Part shown: positions 11,091 to 23,711 of the stretch, piece after piece
Position numbering within the stretch: position 1 is the stretch's first letter
Layout of the letters: each line of letters starts with the position of its first letter
NCBI GenBank assembly: GCA_965200965.1
Contig: OZ241744.1
Coordinates: 1,248,001-1,312,000 of the forward strand
Length of the DNA stretch: 64,000 nucleotides
Direction of reading: 5' to 3'
DNA from: an uncultured Candidatus Binatia bacterium
Lineage (GTDB): Bacteria; Desulfobacterota; Binatia; Bin18
Program-made: the position numbers and the translations under genes
Notes under the pieces: generated by a model
Told to the model about the DNA's origin: nothing
Database searches by the model: none
Seen by the model: the letters and a program-made list of their open reading frames with translations, nothing else

Positions 11091-11669
11091 ATGAGAGTAG
11101 GCATCGTTTCCGATATCCACGCCGACGCCACCGCCCTGAGCCGCGCCCTTGAGGATATGCCCTCAACCGATATGCTGCTGTGTCCCGGCGACGCTATCAG
11201 CGAGTACCGCTTCTGCCCGGATACGGTCAATTTGCTCAGGCGGGCCGGGGTGGTGTGTATTCAGGGCAACCATGAACTCGTCCTGTTTGGTGGCCGCAAT
11301 CCGGCCTATCTGCAAAAATGTCGGGACACCTTTTCTTCGGAATCGCTCGACTTTCTGGCCCAGGCACCGCTCACGCGCGAGCTTGAGTGCGGTGGGGCAA
11401 CAATTCTGATGGTCCATGCCAGCCCGTGGGAGCCTTACGACGAGTATATCTACCCCGGCAGTGCCCGGCTCCAGCAGCTCGCCGGCCTGTCCTGCGACCT
11501 AGTGTGTTTTGGTCATACCCATGTCCCGTTTGTGCAGCGGGCCGGCGCTGTCCTTGTCGTCAATCCCGGCTCCCCCTCCCAGCCCCGCGACCAGGATAGA
11601 CGCGGGGCCTATGCGATTGTTGATACCGAGACCAAGCAGGCCGCCATTCACCGCTTTTGCCTGTCTTGA
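11091..11669 (+). CDS. Metallophosphoesterase (YfcE/MJ0936 family)
   Basis: SDIHAD, GD, GNHE, HASP, FGHTH, NPGS motifs. Confidence 0.9.
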   Translation: MRVGIVSDIHADATALSRALEDMPSTDMLLCPGDAISEYRFCPDTVNLLRRAGVVCIQGNHELVLFGGRNPAYLQKCRDTFSSESLDFLAQAPLTRELECGGATILMVHASPWEPYDEYIYPGSARLQQLAGLSCDLVCFGHTHVPFVQRAGAVLVVNPGSPSQPRDQDRRGAYAIVDTETKQAAIHRFCLS

Positions 11670-11744
11670 TTGTCTGCGGCTCGCCCCCGTGCTGACCTCA
11701 GTCACGATCAATTCCCCAATCCCCACTTGTTGAGGAGGCCACCA

Positions 11745-13007
11745 ATGCCCGCCAAGCAAATGTCCCGTTTGACCCCAGCCCCGGCCAACAGGCGCGCGTT
11801 CTTGCGCCAAGCCGCTATTGGGCTTGCCGGTGGTATGGCCGCCGGCTGTGAGTACCAGACCCAGCTCTTTTTGCTGCGGCCGGTCGAAGAAGAGGCGAGC
11901 CAGCACAACCCCACCTGGCAGGAGGCCAGTGTCCGTCAGTATCGCACCCTGGGCCGGACCGGGGTGCAGGTCTCGGACATCTCTTTTGGCTGCGCGGGCC
12001 TCCATGACGCTGGGGTCGTCAGGCATGCGCTGGAGCGCGGCGTCAATTATTTTGACACCTCGCCCGACTATTCCCGGGCCGGCTCGGAACGCACGCTGGG
12101 CGAAGGAATCAGGGGCTATCCGCGCGACAAGCTGTTTATTGTGTCAAAGTTCTGCACCCCCGGCGGTCATCTCAGCAACGACACCCCGGCCGGCGAGGTC
12201 ATCGCCGCGGTCGAAGCCAGCCTGCAACGGATTGGCACCGACTACCTCGACCTCGCCCACATCCACGCCTGCAACTCCATTGAGCGGCTGATGAACCCCC
12301 ACATCCATGAGGCCTTTGATCGGCTCAAAGAGCAGGGCAAGCTGCGCTTCCTGGGCGTCTCGTCCCATACGCCCCGGCTCGAACAGGTCATGCGCCACGC
12401 TGTGGACTCGGACCGCTTTGACGTTATCATGGTGGCCTATAATTTTCGGAACTGGCCCGATCTGGGCACAATTTTTCACGACGCCAGGCAAAAAGGGGTC
12501 GGAGTGGTGGCCATGAAGACGCTCAAAGGTGCCCGGCATACAGTCCTGTCGGACTTCAGTCCAAGCGAACGGGAATCCTTCTCCCAGGCGGCCTTCAAAT
12601 GGGTACTGTCAAACCAGGATGTCAGTTGTCTGGTGGTGACCATGACTTCCCACTCCCAGATTGACGAGTATCTGTACGCCTCGGGTCAGCCGGTGCAGCC
12701 GACCGATGTGGCGCTGCTCGAAAAATACGACCGCTTGGTTGCCAACGACTACTGCCCGCCGGGCTGTGGCGCGTGTCTGTCCTCCTGCCCGGCCGATGTG
12801 CCGGTCAATGATGTCCTGCGCTATGCCATGTACTACGAAAACTACGGCCAGCAGCGGGTCGGCATGGAAGAGTACGCCAAGCTGCCCGAGGCGCGCAGCG
12901 CCTCGCAGTGTGTGGCCTGTAGCGCGCCGTGTGAGCGAGCCTGCCCGTCCCAGCTGCCGATCAAGGCCAAGCTGCTGCGGGCGGACCGCTTACTCAGGTT
13001 TGTCTAG
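11745..13007 (+). CDS. Aldo/keto reductase with Tat-like leader and C-terminal Fe-S domain
   Basis: NRRAFL leader; YRTLGRTGVQVSDISFG, YFDTSPDY; CxxxCxxCxxxCP and CxxCxxxCxxxCP cysteine clusters. Confidence 0.88.
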   Translation: MPAKQMSRLTPAPANRRAFLRQAAIGLAGGMAAGCEYQTQLFLLRPVEEEASQHNPTWQEASVRQYRTLGRTGVQVSDISFGCAGLHDAGVVRHALERGVNYFDTSPDYSRAGSERTLGEGIRGYPRDKLFIVSKFCTPGGHLSNDTPAGEVIAAVEASLQRIGTDYLDLAHIHACNSIERLMNPHIHEAFDRLKEQGKLRFLGVSSHTPRLEQVMRHAVDSDRFDVIMVAYNFRNWPDLGTIFHDARQKGVGVVAMKTLKGARHTVLSDFSPSERESFSQAAFKWVLSNQDVSCLVVTMTSHSQIDEYLYASGQPVQPTDVALLEKYDRLVANDYCPPGCGACLSSCPADVPVNDVLRYAMYYENYGQQRVGMEEYAKLPEARSASQCVACSAPCERACPSQLPIKAKLLRADRLLRFV

Positions 13008-13017
13008 CGGGGCGCGC

Positions 13018-13497
13018 GTGAAAACCCTGCTCATCCTGCGCCACGGCAAAGCCCGGCAGGGCAGCCCTGAGGGCGACTTTGGGCGTGGCCTCAAAAAACG
13101 CGGCACCCAGCAGGCCGAGTGGGCCGGGGAAGAGCTCGGCCGCCTGGGAATTCGGCTCGATCTGGTTGTTTCGTCGGCCGCCCGACGCGCCCGCCAAACC
13201 GCCAAGCAGGCGGCCCGGACGGCCGGCTACGGGGGCGTGATTGCAACACTGGACAGCCTATATCTGTCTGGGCTGGCCCAGCATCTGGCCGTCCTGGCCG
13301 GGCTGGACGATGCCTGCCGGGCGGTGCTGCTCGTCGGCCATAACCCCGACCTTGAAGACCTGCTCAGTCGGCTGAGCGGCCACAACCTGCCCCTGCCAAC
13401 CGGGACGCTGGTTGGCCTTGAGCTCGATACCCCCTCGTGGAAAACCGTGGCCAGCGCCCCGAGCACCCTGCGGTTTGTGTCCAGCCCTACCAACTGA
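13018..13497 (+). CDS. SixA-family phosphohistidine phosphatase
   Basis: LLILRHGKA, SSAARRARQTA, LLVGHNP; GTG start. Confidence 0.85.
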   Translation: MKTLLILRHGKARQGSPEGDFGRGLKKRGTQQAEWAGEELGRLGIRLDLVVSSAARRARQTAKQAARTAGYGGVIATLDSLYLSGLAQHLAVLAGLDDACRAVLLVGHNPDLEDLLSRLSGHNLPLPTGTLVGLELDTPSWKTVASAPSTLRFVSSPTN

Positions 13498-13515
13498 CAG
13501 CGTGGGACCGCCCAG

Positions 13516-14076
13516 ATGGATAAACTCAGCCACACCGACGCCCAAGGCCGCGCCCGCATGGTTGATGTTGGCGACAAGGCCGTGACCGCCCGCGAGGCGC
13601 TCGCCAGCGGCACGGTCCACATGCGGCCCGAAACCCTGCGTCTGATCACCACCGGCCAGCTACCCAAAGGAGACGTGTTGGCCGTTGCCCGGGTCGCCGG
13701 CATTATGGCCGCCAAAAAAACCGCAGAGCTGATTCCGCTGTGCCATCCCCTGCCGCTGACATCGATCACGGTCGAGTTCACACCCCAGCCCCAGACCGGC
13801 CGGCTCGACATCACGGCACGGGTCGCGGTGCAGGGCAAAACCGGGGTCGAAATGGAAGCCCTGACCGCGGTATCGGTCGCCGCCCTGACGGTCTACGACA
13901 TGTGTAAAGCAGTGGAAAAGGACATGCGCATCTCAGACCTGTATCTCCAGCGAAAAACCGGAGGCAAGAGCGGTACCTATGTCCGCCCCACCCGACCGGC
14001 AGCCCAGCCGGGCCACGATTCGCCCAAACACGGGCGATGGGGGATTGAAACAGGGGCCAAAACGTGGGAGGCTTAG
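13516..14076 (+). CDS. moaC: Cyclic pyranopterin monophosphate synthase
   Basis: [32 protein letters not shown]. Confidence 0.96.
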   Translation: MDKLSHTDAQGRARMVDVGDKAVTAREALASGTVHMRPETLRLITTGQLPKGDVLAVARVAGIMAAKKTAELIPLCHPLPLTSITVEFTPQPQTGRLDITARVAVQGKTGVEMEALTAVSVAALTVYDMCKAVEKDMRISDLYLQRKTGGKSGTYVRPTRPAAQPGHDSPKHGRWGIETGAKTWEA

Positions 14077-14167
14077 AGGGTAGGCAATGCACGAGAGATC
14101 GCCAGCGCTCTTGTGTACATCCTGGCATACCGGTTTCGTCCACAAGAAGCGCGCACAAGGAGAGCAT

Positions 14168-14689
14168 ATGAGTCTGCGTCCTGCACGGCAGGAAACAAAT
14201 CCCAAAAAGCGCAGCGCCAAGCGGGCATCAAGCGGTCCGACCCCTCAGCCGCCAGCCATCGCCAGCGACGCCCCGTCAGCCGAGGCTGGCAGTCCGGCCG
14301 ACGACGAGGTTCAGGAAGGCGGTGTTCTGCCGCCAGTCAGGCCCACTTTTGTGCGCCGGGATCTGACCGCTCCAGACGGCAGCATCCGGCCCGGCTGGGA
14401 AATGTGGATTGGCGACCACTGCTTTGGTCGGGCCGACAGCAAAGAACTCCTCCTCGCCAGCTTTGAGCGGCTCCAGAGCCCGCCCAGCAGCTTCCACTGG
14501 CGTGAGGTCCGCAACCGTATGCCTCTGCACGGTCGGCCCAAGTCGGCAAAGCCGGAATCACCACAGGATAAACCCGTGGCGTCGGCACCCGACTCGTCCA
14601 ACCCAGCCCCGGCCTGGGACAAGAAAAAAGAACCCGTAGTTGAAGAGCCGGACGGCTTCCAGGAAATCAGCCTGGAAACCCCCGTCTAG
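14168..14689 (+). CDS. Hypothetical protein with disordered termini and a small globular core
   Basis: AAGGAGA SD; core TFVRRDL..GWEMWIGDHCFGRADSKELLL..FHWREVR. Confidence 0.6.
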   Translation: MSLRPARQETNPKKRSAKRASSGPTPQPPAIASDAPSAEAGSPADDEVQEGGVLPPVRPTFVRRDLTAPDGSIRPGWEMWIGDHCFGRADSKELLLASFERLQSPPSSFHWREVRNRMPLHGRPKSAKPESPQDKPVASAPDSSNPAPAWDKKKEPVVEEPDGFQEISLETPV

Positions 14690-14836
14690 CTCAGAGAGAC
14701 GCTCATCCCCCTTCCCGCTCGGACCGTCCCCGCCCGCCACGCCTGCCACGAGCCCTGCCTGCTCCCAGCTTGGTCCCACCGCGCCCTGGACAAGGCAGGG
14801 GCAGCAGAGTAAACAAGAGGGCGTTTCGTTGGCGCT

Positions 14837-15340
14837 ATGGAGACACTGCTTTCAAGATTGCAGCCCGCCTTCTGGGGTGTGTATCGTTCTGCCAGACCTG
14901 CCCGACTCGCCCAGCAAGAAAAGGTCTGGGCCCACCCGCGATGGCTTGGCGTACTGGGCTGGTGGTCCCTCCTCTCGGCGTCGGACGCTCCCACACTACA
15001 GCCGGCGGCGGCTGTCCTTGGCCTTGGACTGGTCTACTGTGGCTTCAACCACTATGCGGCCTGCCGTCTCTCCCAAGGGCGGTCCCTGTCCGTCCCGGTT
15101 CCGCTCCTTGACAAGTACGCCCATGCGCAACACGTTGAGATCGCCGTCGTCCAGGAACACACAGGGATGTCGCTGCTCATCAAAGACGACGGGCAAGGTA
15201 CCTGTCTCGATCAGCACCCGCACGGTCAGGAGAGCCTGCTGTATATGCGCGAGCGGGTAGAAGCCTGTGGGGGTACCTTGCAGGTTTCACGCGCCGGTGG
15301 GCAAGGCACCGAGGTCCGGGTGAGCGTGCCGATTGCCTGA
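14837..15340 (+). pseudogene. Degenerate NarX/UhpB-type sensor histidine kinase remnant
   Basis: C-terminal half resembles HATPase_c (KYAHAQHVEI, IKDDGQG, MRERVEACGGTLQV..GQGTEVRVSVP). No H-box or dimerisation domain is seen. Confidence 0.55.
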
Positions 15341-15365
15341 GCGCCGATCCCCCGAAGGAGGGCAG

Positions 15366-16496
15366 ATGAAATTTCACCTGTTTATCTATGCGACGCTCGG
15401 CCGCCGCCACGAGCTTGAAGCCGGCTTGGCCGGCAAGCGGCCGGAACTCTACCAACGTATGCTGGACGAAGTGGCCGAGTATGTCAGCTTTGCCGACGAG
15501 GCCGGCTATGCCGGCTTCAGCCATCCCGAACACCACCTCCAGATTGAGGGCTTTGAGGCCAGCAACGAACCCGGCCTGCTGTCGATGTGGATAGGCCAGC
15601 ACAGCCGGCGGCTCCAGGTCAACATGATCGGCTGGGTCGCTCCGACCCATAACCCGGTCCGCACTGCGGAGTATATCGCCACCCTGGACCATATGCTCAA
15701 AGGCCGCCTCGGCGTTGGCCTCGTCCGCGGCTACCAGGCCCGCTGGGTTCACACCTACCGGATTCGGCCCGAGATCAACGCGGTCGGCGACTGGAACCGC
15801 AACAGCCCCGACGACGCCATGAACCGCGAGTATTTCACCGAGTTTGTCGAGATTGTGCTCAAAGCTTGGCAGCACGATACCTTCAGCTACCAGGGCAAAT
15901 ACTGGACCATCCCGCCCGAGGACTGTATCAACCCCCACCCCCAATCGGCGTACACCGAGTACGGCCAGGGGGTTGATGCCAACATGCGGATCCGCGAGAT
16001 CGGCATCGCCCCCAAACCCTACCAGCAGCCTCACCCGCCGCTGTACGGCGGCTTCACCCACAGTATGCGGACCGCGCTGTTCTGGGCCAAGTACGGCGGC
16101 AAGCCGATTGTGCTGGCCTCAGACCTCGATTTCTGCCAACGCCTGTGGTCGGGCTATCACGACGAAGCCATCAAACACGGGCGGGATATTGAGCCGGGCG
16201 ACGAGGCGGCCTGGGGCGGCATGTTGATCTGCCACAAAGACCGGGCGGTCGCCCAGGACTGGCTCGCGGACCCGCTGTGGATGTGGGACAAATGGTTTGT
16301 GCCCTTCGGCCAGGGCCACCCCGAGCTGCTGGTCGGCGACCCGGACGCCCTGTGCCGGCGGCTGGAAGAGGCCAGCGCCAGGATTCCGATCAAAGAATGT
16401 TTCTTCCTGCTGCCGCAGGGCATTCATGACCGCGACCAGATCATGACCTCGCTCGAACTCTTTGCCGAGAAAGTCATGCCCCGGTTTGCCGACTGA
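15366..16496 (+). CDS. LLM-class flavin-dependent oxidoreductase
   Basis: [51 protein letters not shown]. Confidence 0.9.
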   Translation: MKFHLFIYATLGRRHELEAGLAGKRPELYQRMLDEVAEYVSFADEAGYAGFSHPEHHLQIEGFEASNEPGLLSMWIGQHSRRLQVNMIGWVAPTHNPVRTAEYIATLDHMLKGRLGVGLVRGYQARWVHTYRIRPEINAVGDWNRNSPDDAMNREYFTEFVEIVLKAWQHDTFSYQGKYWTIPPEDCINPHPQSAYTEYGQGVDANMRIREIGIAPKPYQQPHPPLYGGFTHSMRTALFWAKYGGKPIVLASDLDFCQRLWSGYHDEAIKHGRDIEPGDEAAWGGMLICHKDRAVAQDWLADPLWMWDKWFVPFGQGHPELLVGDPDALCRRLEEASARIPIKECFFLLPQGIHDRDQIMTSLELFAEKVMPRFAD

Positions 16497-19400
16497 GCCG
16501 GCCGCCTGTCGGACCCGGCCCGGCTCGCCCAGCCGCCAGACAGCACCTCGGCCTGCTCCAGCACGGTCCGGGTGGCCCGCTCCTGCTTGTCGGGCGGGTA
16601 GCCGTGCTTGCGCAGGATGCGTTTGATCAGGCGGCGCAGATTCGCCCGCACACTCTCGCGCAGCGTCCAGTCGATCGTGACGGTAGTGCGCACGGTCTCC
16701 ACCAGCTCACGAGCGATGCTCCGCAGCGCGTCATCGCCCAGCACCCGCACCGCGCTGTCGTTGGTCTCCAGCGCGTCGTAAAAGGCCAGCTCGTCGTCCG
16801 ACAGCCCCAGCTCTTCGCCCCGGGCACCGGCCTCCCGCAGCTCACGCGCGAGCTGGATCAACTCCTCGATCACCTGGGCGGCTTCAATCGCCCGGTTCTG
16901 ATAGCGCCGTAGTGTGTCTTCCAGCATTGCGGCAAACGACCGCGCCTGAACGACATTTTTGCGGCGACGGGTCGACAGTTCGCCCCTCAGCAGCTTTTGC
17001 AACAACTCAACCGCCAGGTTGCGCTGCGGCATATCCCGCACCTCGGCCAGGAACTCGTCCGACAGGATCGAGAGATCGGGCTTGTCCAGGCCGGCCGCGG
17101 CAAAGATGTCAAGCATCCCCTCGGACGCCACCGCGTGCGAGAGAATCTGACGCACGGCGTGATCCAGATTTTCTTCAGGCCGCCCGTCGGCCGGCGCGCG
17201 TTTGGTCAGCACCGACCCGACGGCCTGAAAGAAGGCGATGTTGTCGCGGATGCGCAGCGCGTCTTCGTGCGGCACGGCCAGGGCAAAGGCTTGGGACAGG
17301 GCGCGGACCGCCCCCACGCAGCGTTCCTTGCCCTTGTCCTGGGCCAGGATGTGTTCCTGGGCGGCCGGCAGCAGACCCAGCCGTTGGGCGGGCGTGCCGG
17401 TGGCCCACCTGGAGCGGTCCAAGCCGTGGAACAGGCCGCAGCAGACTTCGTACTTCTCCAGCATGGCCCGTACGGCCTCGTCCTGGTCGAGCGCGGTCTG
17501 TCCCGTGCCGCCGCTCTCGGTGTAGGTGGCCAGCGCACGCTTGAGTTCAGGGGCGAGGCCCAGGTAATCAACGACGAGGCCGCCCGGCTTGTCCCTGAAC
17601 ACCCGGTTGACCCGGGCAATGGCCTGCATCAGCGCGTGGCTGCGCATCGGCTTGTCCAGGTACATGGTGTGCAAGCTCGGCGCGTCAAAGCCGGTCAGCC
17701 ACATGTCACGCACCAGCACCATGCAGAGCGGGTCGTCGGCGTTGCGGAAGCGGCCGGCCAGGGTCTCGCGCCGGGCTGTGGTACGGATATGCGGCTGCCA
17801 GTCGGGCGGGTCGGACGCCGCCCCGGTCATTACCACCTTGAGCCTGCCCTTGGCATCGTCCTCGTCGTGCCAATCGGGACGCAGGGCCACGAGTTGGCGA
17901 TAGAGGTCAATGCAGATGCGCCGGCTCATGCCCACCACCATGGCCTTGCCCTCCAGGGCTTCAAGCCGGGCCTCAAAATGGCTGACAATATCGCGGGCGA
18001 TGAGGGCCAGGCGCGTGTCAGTCCCGACGACCGCTTCGAGCTGCGCCCATCTGGTTTTGAGTTTTTCCTTGACCGCGCTTTCCTGGCCCTCGGTCACGTC
18101 CTCAAAGTCGGGGTCAATGCTGGGCCGTTGGCGTTCGTTCAGATTGAGCTTGGCCAGCCGGCTCTCGTAATAGATGGGCACGGTGGCCTTGTCCTCAACC
18201 GCGTGCTGGATGTCGTAGATGCTGATGTAGTCGCCAAACACCGCCCGGGTGTTGGCGTCCCGGAGTTCTACCGGGGTGCCGGTAAAGCCGATAAAGGAGG
18301 CCCGGGGCAGGGCCTCGCGCATATGGCGTGCATAGCCATCAATAAAGTCGTACTGGCTGCGGTGCGCCTCGTCGGCAATGACCACGATATTGCGCCGGTC
18401 CGACAGCAGGGGGTGGCGGTCACCCTTCTCTTGGGGAAAGAACTTCTGAATCGTGCTGAACACTACCCCGCCCGATGCTACCGCCAGTCTGTCCCGCAGG
18501 TCGGTCCGGCTCTCGGCCTGGACCGGCGGCTGACGCAGCAGATCCCGGCAGCGGGCAAAGGTGGCGAAGAGCTGGTCGTCAAGGTCGTTGCGGTCGGTCA
18601 GCACCACCAGCGTCGGGTTGTGCATGGCCGGCTCACGGATGACCCGCCCGGCGTAGAACGCCATGGTCAGGCTTTTGCCCGCGCCTTGGGTATGCCACAC
18701 CACGCCGATACGCCGGTCGCCCGGGCTCCCGCCGGGCCGGCGGCCAGACGCATAGCCCCGGCTGTCCTCTCTGACCGTCTCCCCCTGCATCTCCGCTGCC
18801 CGCAGGGTCTGGGTAAGCGCTGTCTCGACCGCGTGAAACTGGTGGTAGCCGGCCATTTTCTTGACCAGCCCGCCGCTGCCGCCGTCCTCAAAGACGATGA
18901 AGTCGCGCACCAGACTGAGGAAGCGCTTGGGTGTGCAGACGCCGGCCAGCAGGACGTGCAGTTCGGGCCTGGTCGGGTCGGCCAGGGTCTCGCCCGAGAT
19001 TGTGCGCCACGGCTTGAACCACTCCCGCCCCGCGGTCAGCGTGCCGATGCGTGCTGCCAGGCCGTCAGACACGATCAGCGCCGCGTTCAGGCCGAACAGC
19101 CCCGGCAGTTCGGCTGTATAGGTCTGCAACTGCTGCCAAGCCGTCCAGATGGTGGCGTCCTTGTCGGCCGGATTCTTGAGCTCGATGAGGCCGAGCGGCA
19201 GGCCGTTGACGAACAGCACCACATCGGGCCGGCGCTCGTGCTTGTTCTCGACCACGGTGAACTGATTGACCGCCAGCCAGTCGTTATTCGCCGGCTCGTC
19301 ATAATCAAGCACCCGGGCCTGCGCACCTCGGACATCGCCGTCATCGGCCCGGTACTCCACCGCCGCGCCGTCCACCAGCATACGGTGGAAGGCACGGTTG

Positions 19401-19654
19401 CGGGTTTCCAGGGTCGGTCCTTGCGGGCGGGTCAGCTTGCGGAAGGCATCGTCTAGCGCCTCGGCCGGAAGCTCCGGGTTGAGCTGGGCCAGGGCATGGT
19501 GCAGCCGCCCTTCCAGCACGACTTGGCCGTAGTCCACGCGCTCCGCACCCGGCGCATCGGGCGCGATATCCGGCCCATAGGCCACGCTCCAGCCCAGGTC
19601 CGCCAGCCAGGCGAGGGCGGCGGCTTCAACGGTGGATTCGGTGAAGGTGCTCAC
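16424..19654 (-). CDS. hsdR: Type I restriction endonuclease subunit R
   Basis: [20 protein letters not shown] nuclease motif, [40 protein letters not shown]. Confidence 0.96.
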   Translation of the reverse strand: MSTFTESTVEAAALAWLADLGWSVAYGPDIAPDAPGAERVDYGQVVLEGRLHHALAQLNPELPAEALDDAFRKLTRPQGPTLETRNRAFHRMLVDGAAVEYRADDGDVRGAQARVLDYDEPANNDWLAVNQFTVVENKHERRPDVVLFVNGLPLGLIELKNPADKDATIWTAWQQLQTYTAELPGLFGLNAALIVSDGLAARIGTLTAGREWFKPWRTISGETLADPTRPELHVLLAGVCTPKRFLSLVRDFIVFEDGGSGGLVKKMAGYHQFHAVETALTQTLRAAEMQGETVREDSRGYASGRRPGGSPGDRRIGVVWHTQGAGKSLTMAFYAGRVIREPAMHNPTLVVLTDRNDLDDQLFATFARCRDLLRQPPVQAESRTDLRDRLAVASGGVVFSTIQKFFPQEKGDRHPLLSDRRNIVVIADEAHRSQYDFIDGYARHMREALPRASFIGFTGTPVELRDANTRAVFGDYISIYDIQHAVEDKATVPIYYESRLAKLNLNERQRPSIDPDFEDVTEGQESAVKEKLKTRWAQLEAVVGTDTRLALIARDIVSHFEARLEALEGKAMVVGMSRRICIDLYRQLVALRPDWHDEDDAKGRLKVVMTGAASDPPDWQPHIRTTARRETLAGRFRNADDPLCMVLVRDMWLTGFDAPSLHTMYLDKPMRSHALMQAIARVNRVFRDKPGGLVVDYLGLAPELKRALATYTESGGTGQTALDQDEAVRAMLEKYEVCCGLFHGLDRSRWATGTPAQRLGLLPAAQEHILAQDKGKERCVGAVRALSQAFALAVPHEDALRIRDNIAFFQAVGSVLTKRAPADGRPEENLDHAVRQILSHAVASEGMLDIFAAAGLDKPDLSILSDEFLAEVRDMPQRNLAVELLQKLLRGELSTRRRKNVVQARSFAAMLEDTLRRYQNRAIEAAQVIEELIQLARELREAGARGEELGLSDDELAFYDALETNDSAVRVLGDDALRSIARELVETVRTTVTIDWTLRESVRANLRRLIKRILRKHGYPPDKQERATRTVLEQAEVLSGGWASRAGSDRRPAQSANRGMTFSAKSSSEVMIWSRS

Positions 19655-20709
19655 CGGTCTTCGGGCTTGCCGAGAAGCGCAAGGCCCCTTTCCGCCCTGG
19701 CCGCAATGTCTTCGTCACCAGCCTCTCGGGCCAAGGCAAGCGCCTTCTTGAAATCCCGCCGAGCCCCGTTCACCTGCTCCAATTGAGCGTTAGCGACGCC
19801 CCGGTTGCCGTAGGCTATGGCGTAGTCCGGCTTGAGCCGGAGCGCCGCGCTGTAGTCCGCAATGGCAGCTTCATACTGGCCGAGCTTGCCCTTCGCGTTG
19901 CCCCGGTTGTAGTAGGCGGCGGCGTAGTCCGGCTTGAGCCGGAGCGCCGCGCTGTAGTCCGCAATGGCAGCTTCATGATCACCGAGGTCGCTCTTCGCAA
20001 TGCCCCGGTTGTAGTAGGCGGTGGCGTCGTCTGGCTTGAGCCGGAGCGCTTGGTCATAGTCCGCAATGGCAGCTTCATGATCACCGAGGTCGCTCTTCGC
20101 ATTGCCCCGGTTGTAGTAGGCGGCGGCGTAGTCCGGCTTGAGCCGGAGCGCCGCGCTGTAGTCCGCAATGGCAGCTTCATGATCACCGAGGTCGCTCTTC
20201 GCATTGCCCCGGTTGTTGTAGGCGGCGGCGTAGTCCGGCTTGAGCCGGAGCGCCGCGCTGTAGTCCGCAATGGCAGCTTCATGATCACCGAAGTCGCTCT
20301 TCGCAATGCCCCGGTTGTAGTAGGCGGCGGCGTAGTCCGGCTTGAGCCGGAGCGCCGCGCTGTAGTCCGCAATGGCAGCTTCATGATCACCGAGGTTGCG
20401 CTTCGCAATGCCCCGGTTGTTGTAGGCGGTGGCGTCGTCTGGCTTGAGCCGGAGCGCCGCGCTGTAGTCCGCAATGGCAGCTTCATGATCACCGAGGTCG
20501 CTCTTCGCAATGCCCCGGTTGTAGTAGGCGGCGGCGGCGTCCGGTTCAAGGAGGATGGCTTGGTTGTAGTCGGCAATAGCAGCTTCATACTGGCCGAGGT
20601 CGCTCTTCGCATTGCCCCGGTTGTTGTAGGCGGCGGCGTAGTCCGGCTTGAGCCGGAGCGCTTGGTCGTAAGCAAAAATCGCTTCTTCAATCTTATTGGT
20701 CTCCGGCAT
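19651..20709 (-). CDS. Tetratricopeptide repeat protein (9 TPRs)
   Basis: Repeats of [33 protein letters not shown]; AGGAGG SD before ATG 20709; stop overlaps the hsdR start (GTGA). Confidence 0.9.
   Translation of the reverse strand: MPETNKIEEAIFAYDQALRLKPDYAAAYNNRGNAKSDLGQYEAAIADYNQAILLEPDAAAAYYNRGIAKSDLGDHEAAIADYSAALRLKPDDATAYNNRGIAKRNLGDHEAAIADYSAALRLKPDYAAAYYNRGIAKSDFGDHEAAIADYSAALRLKPDYAAAYNNRGNAKSDLGDHEAAIADYSAALRLKPDYAAAYYNRGNAKSDLGDHEAAIADYDQALRLKPDDATAYYNRGIAKSDLGDHEAAIADYSAALRLKPDYAAAYYNRGNAKGKLGQYEAAIADYSAALRLKPDYAIAYGNRGVANAQLEQVNGARRDFKKALALAREAGDEDIAARAERGLALLGKPEDR
19800..20670 (-). repeat. Tandem array of near-identical 102-bp TPR-coding units (about 8.5 copies)
   Basis: Recurrent gtagtccggcttgagccggagcgccgcgctgtagtccgcaatggcagcttcat at 102-bp spacing. 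Confidence 0.92.
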
Positions 20710-21450
20710 CTTCTCTCCCTCCTGCCCGCAAAAGATCAGCAACGGAAAGCCAGGCGCGGGCGGCAAGGTCATTATCGGTTCCCTCCGCCATGCTGGCAAT
20801 GGAGCGCCATTTTTCAATAGCTTCCTGAATCTTTCCCTCCCGCTCCAGTGCTCTGGCGTCGGTAACATCCCGGTTTATCGGAGAATCCGCAGGAAGCGTT
20901 TGGCCACTTCCCGCAGCTTCGGCAGCCTTACGCGGAGCGCCAGCGCTCGATGCGCCTGCCACCAATTGGTCCAAACGTCTCCTCTGTAACTTGGCTTTAT
21001 TAAGTTCCGCTCTGATCTCCTCAACGAGGCTCTTGGCTTCTTCTGCGTGTTGCTTGGATTTATCCACATTCTGGCGAGCTTCGGTCTCAATCTCGCGGAA
21101 TCTCCTGAAGCTGACGTAGCCGGCAAAGACAGCGATAACACCGAGCACGGTCAGGAATATGGCTATAGCGGTAAGCCACCAATCAACAAGTTTGGTACGG
21201 CCTGCAAGAAGCTCACGCCTGAGTTCGTTGAAACGTCGCTCCCATTCAACAGCAGTGGCGGCCTCGTTCAGCGCAGGCGATGGCTGATCGGGCCTGGGTT
21301 CGTTGCCAGGCGGTTGGGGTTCGGCGGTTGCATTCGTGCCGGTAGCGGATGGCTGCGCCTGCTGGGCGGGAAGGAGGCCGGGAGCTGTGGCCGCGGCGGC
21401 AAAAGCCAGGATGACGACCACAATCACGCGCCCAATCCGTGGGTATGCCA

Positions 21451-21454
<4 letters not shown>
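20693..21454 (-). CDS. Membrane protein (N-terminal hydrophobic segment, one TM, coiled coil); possibly the N-terminal part of the TPR gene
   Basis: Hydrophobic N-terminus, TM WWLTAIAIFLTVLGVIAVFAGYV, coiled coil, TPR-like end. Start overlaps the hsdS stop (ATGA). Confidence 0.75.
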
Positions 21455-23143
<1,689 letters not shown>

Positions 23144-23151
<8 letters not shown>

Positions 23152-23566
23152 CGCCCGCTTCCTCAATGGCCGCGGCCAGTGCTCTGGCGTCCGTGATGAA
23201 GGTCGGCAGAAGCCGCAGGGTGGTTTCTGCAAAATCCTCGCCGTAGTCGTGCGCGGTGTCGTTGCGGTTGTCGCGGTACTGGAGCCAGCGTTCGGCGGCG
23301 TCGGCGGGGATCAGGCCGTGTTTGGCGGCATGACGGAAGATGTCCTTGAAGATCAGGCGGTCGGCCTGCTGGTTGCTGGCGAACCAGGGGCGCAGGCGCT
23401 TCTTGAGCAGCTTGCCGCTCTGTTCCAGCACCAGTTCAAACTCTTTGACACAGGCGGCACGGTAGATGTCGTAGGCGAACCCCTCCGAATCAGCGCTTTT
23501 GAGCGTGTTGAAGGCGACATCCAGCGTATCAATACAACGCCTCAGATGATCGGTGTTGATGGGCAT
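23144..23566 (-). CDS. HEPN-domain protein (HI0074-like nucleotidyltransferase substrate-binding family), putative RNase toxin
   Basis: YRAACVKEFELVLE, FKDIFRHAAKHGLI, RNDTAH (Rx4H). Stop overlaps the MNT-hsdS start. Confidence 0.88.
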
Positions 23567-23645
23567 GGCCGGCCGTGATCCCTGTGCTCTCGTACATTTG
23601 TGTGATGATTGCGTAGAATCGGCAGAGTTCAGGCGTTTTGCGCCA

Positions 23646-23694
23646 AGGACCCATCGTGTCGCCTTCCGGTCAATATGATGACACGATGGGTCCT
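23646..23694. repeat. Hairpin repeat element, copy 1 (perfect 15-bp stem, 19-nt loop)
   Basis: aggacccatcgtgtc-gccttccggtcaatatgat-gacacgatgggtcct. Confidence 0.85.
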
Positions 23695-23711
23695 CACTCC
23701 CCTTGGTTGCT

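Noticed and set aside
16997-19456. 819-aa plus-strand ORF, and similar long antisense ORFs such as 23703-24836
   Set aside because: Antisense shadows of hsdR/hsdM caused by high-GC codon bias; no protein motifs.
19783-20820. Repetitive alternative-frame ORFs and a possible CRISPR-like array
   Set aside because: The repeats are contiguous 102-bp TPR codons without unique spacers; the other frames are by-products.
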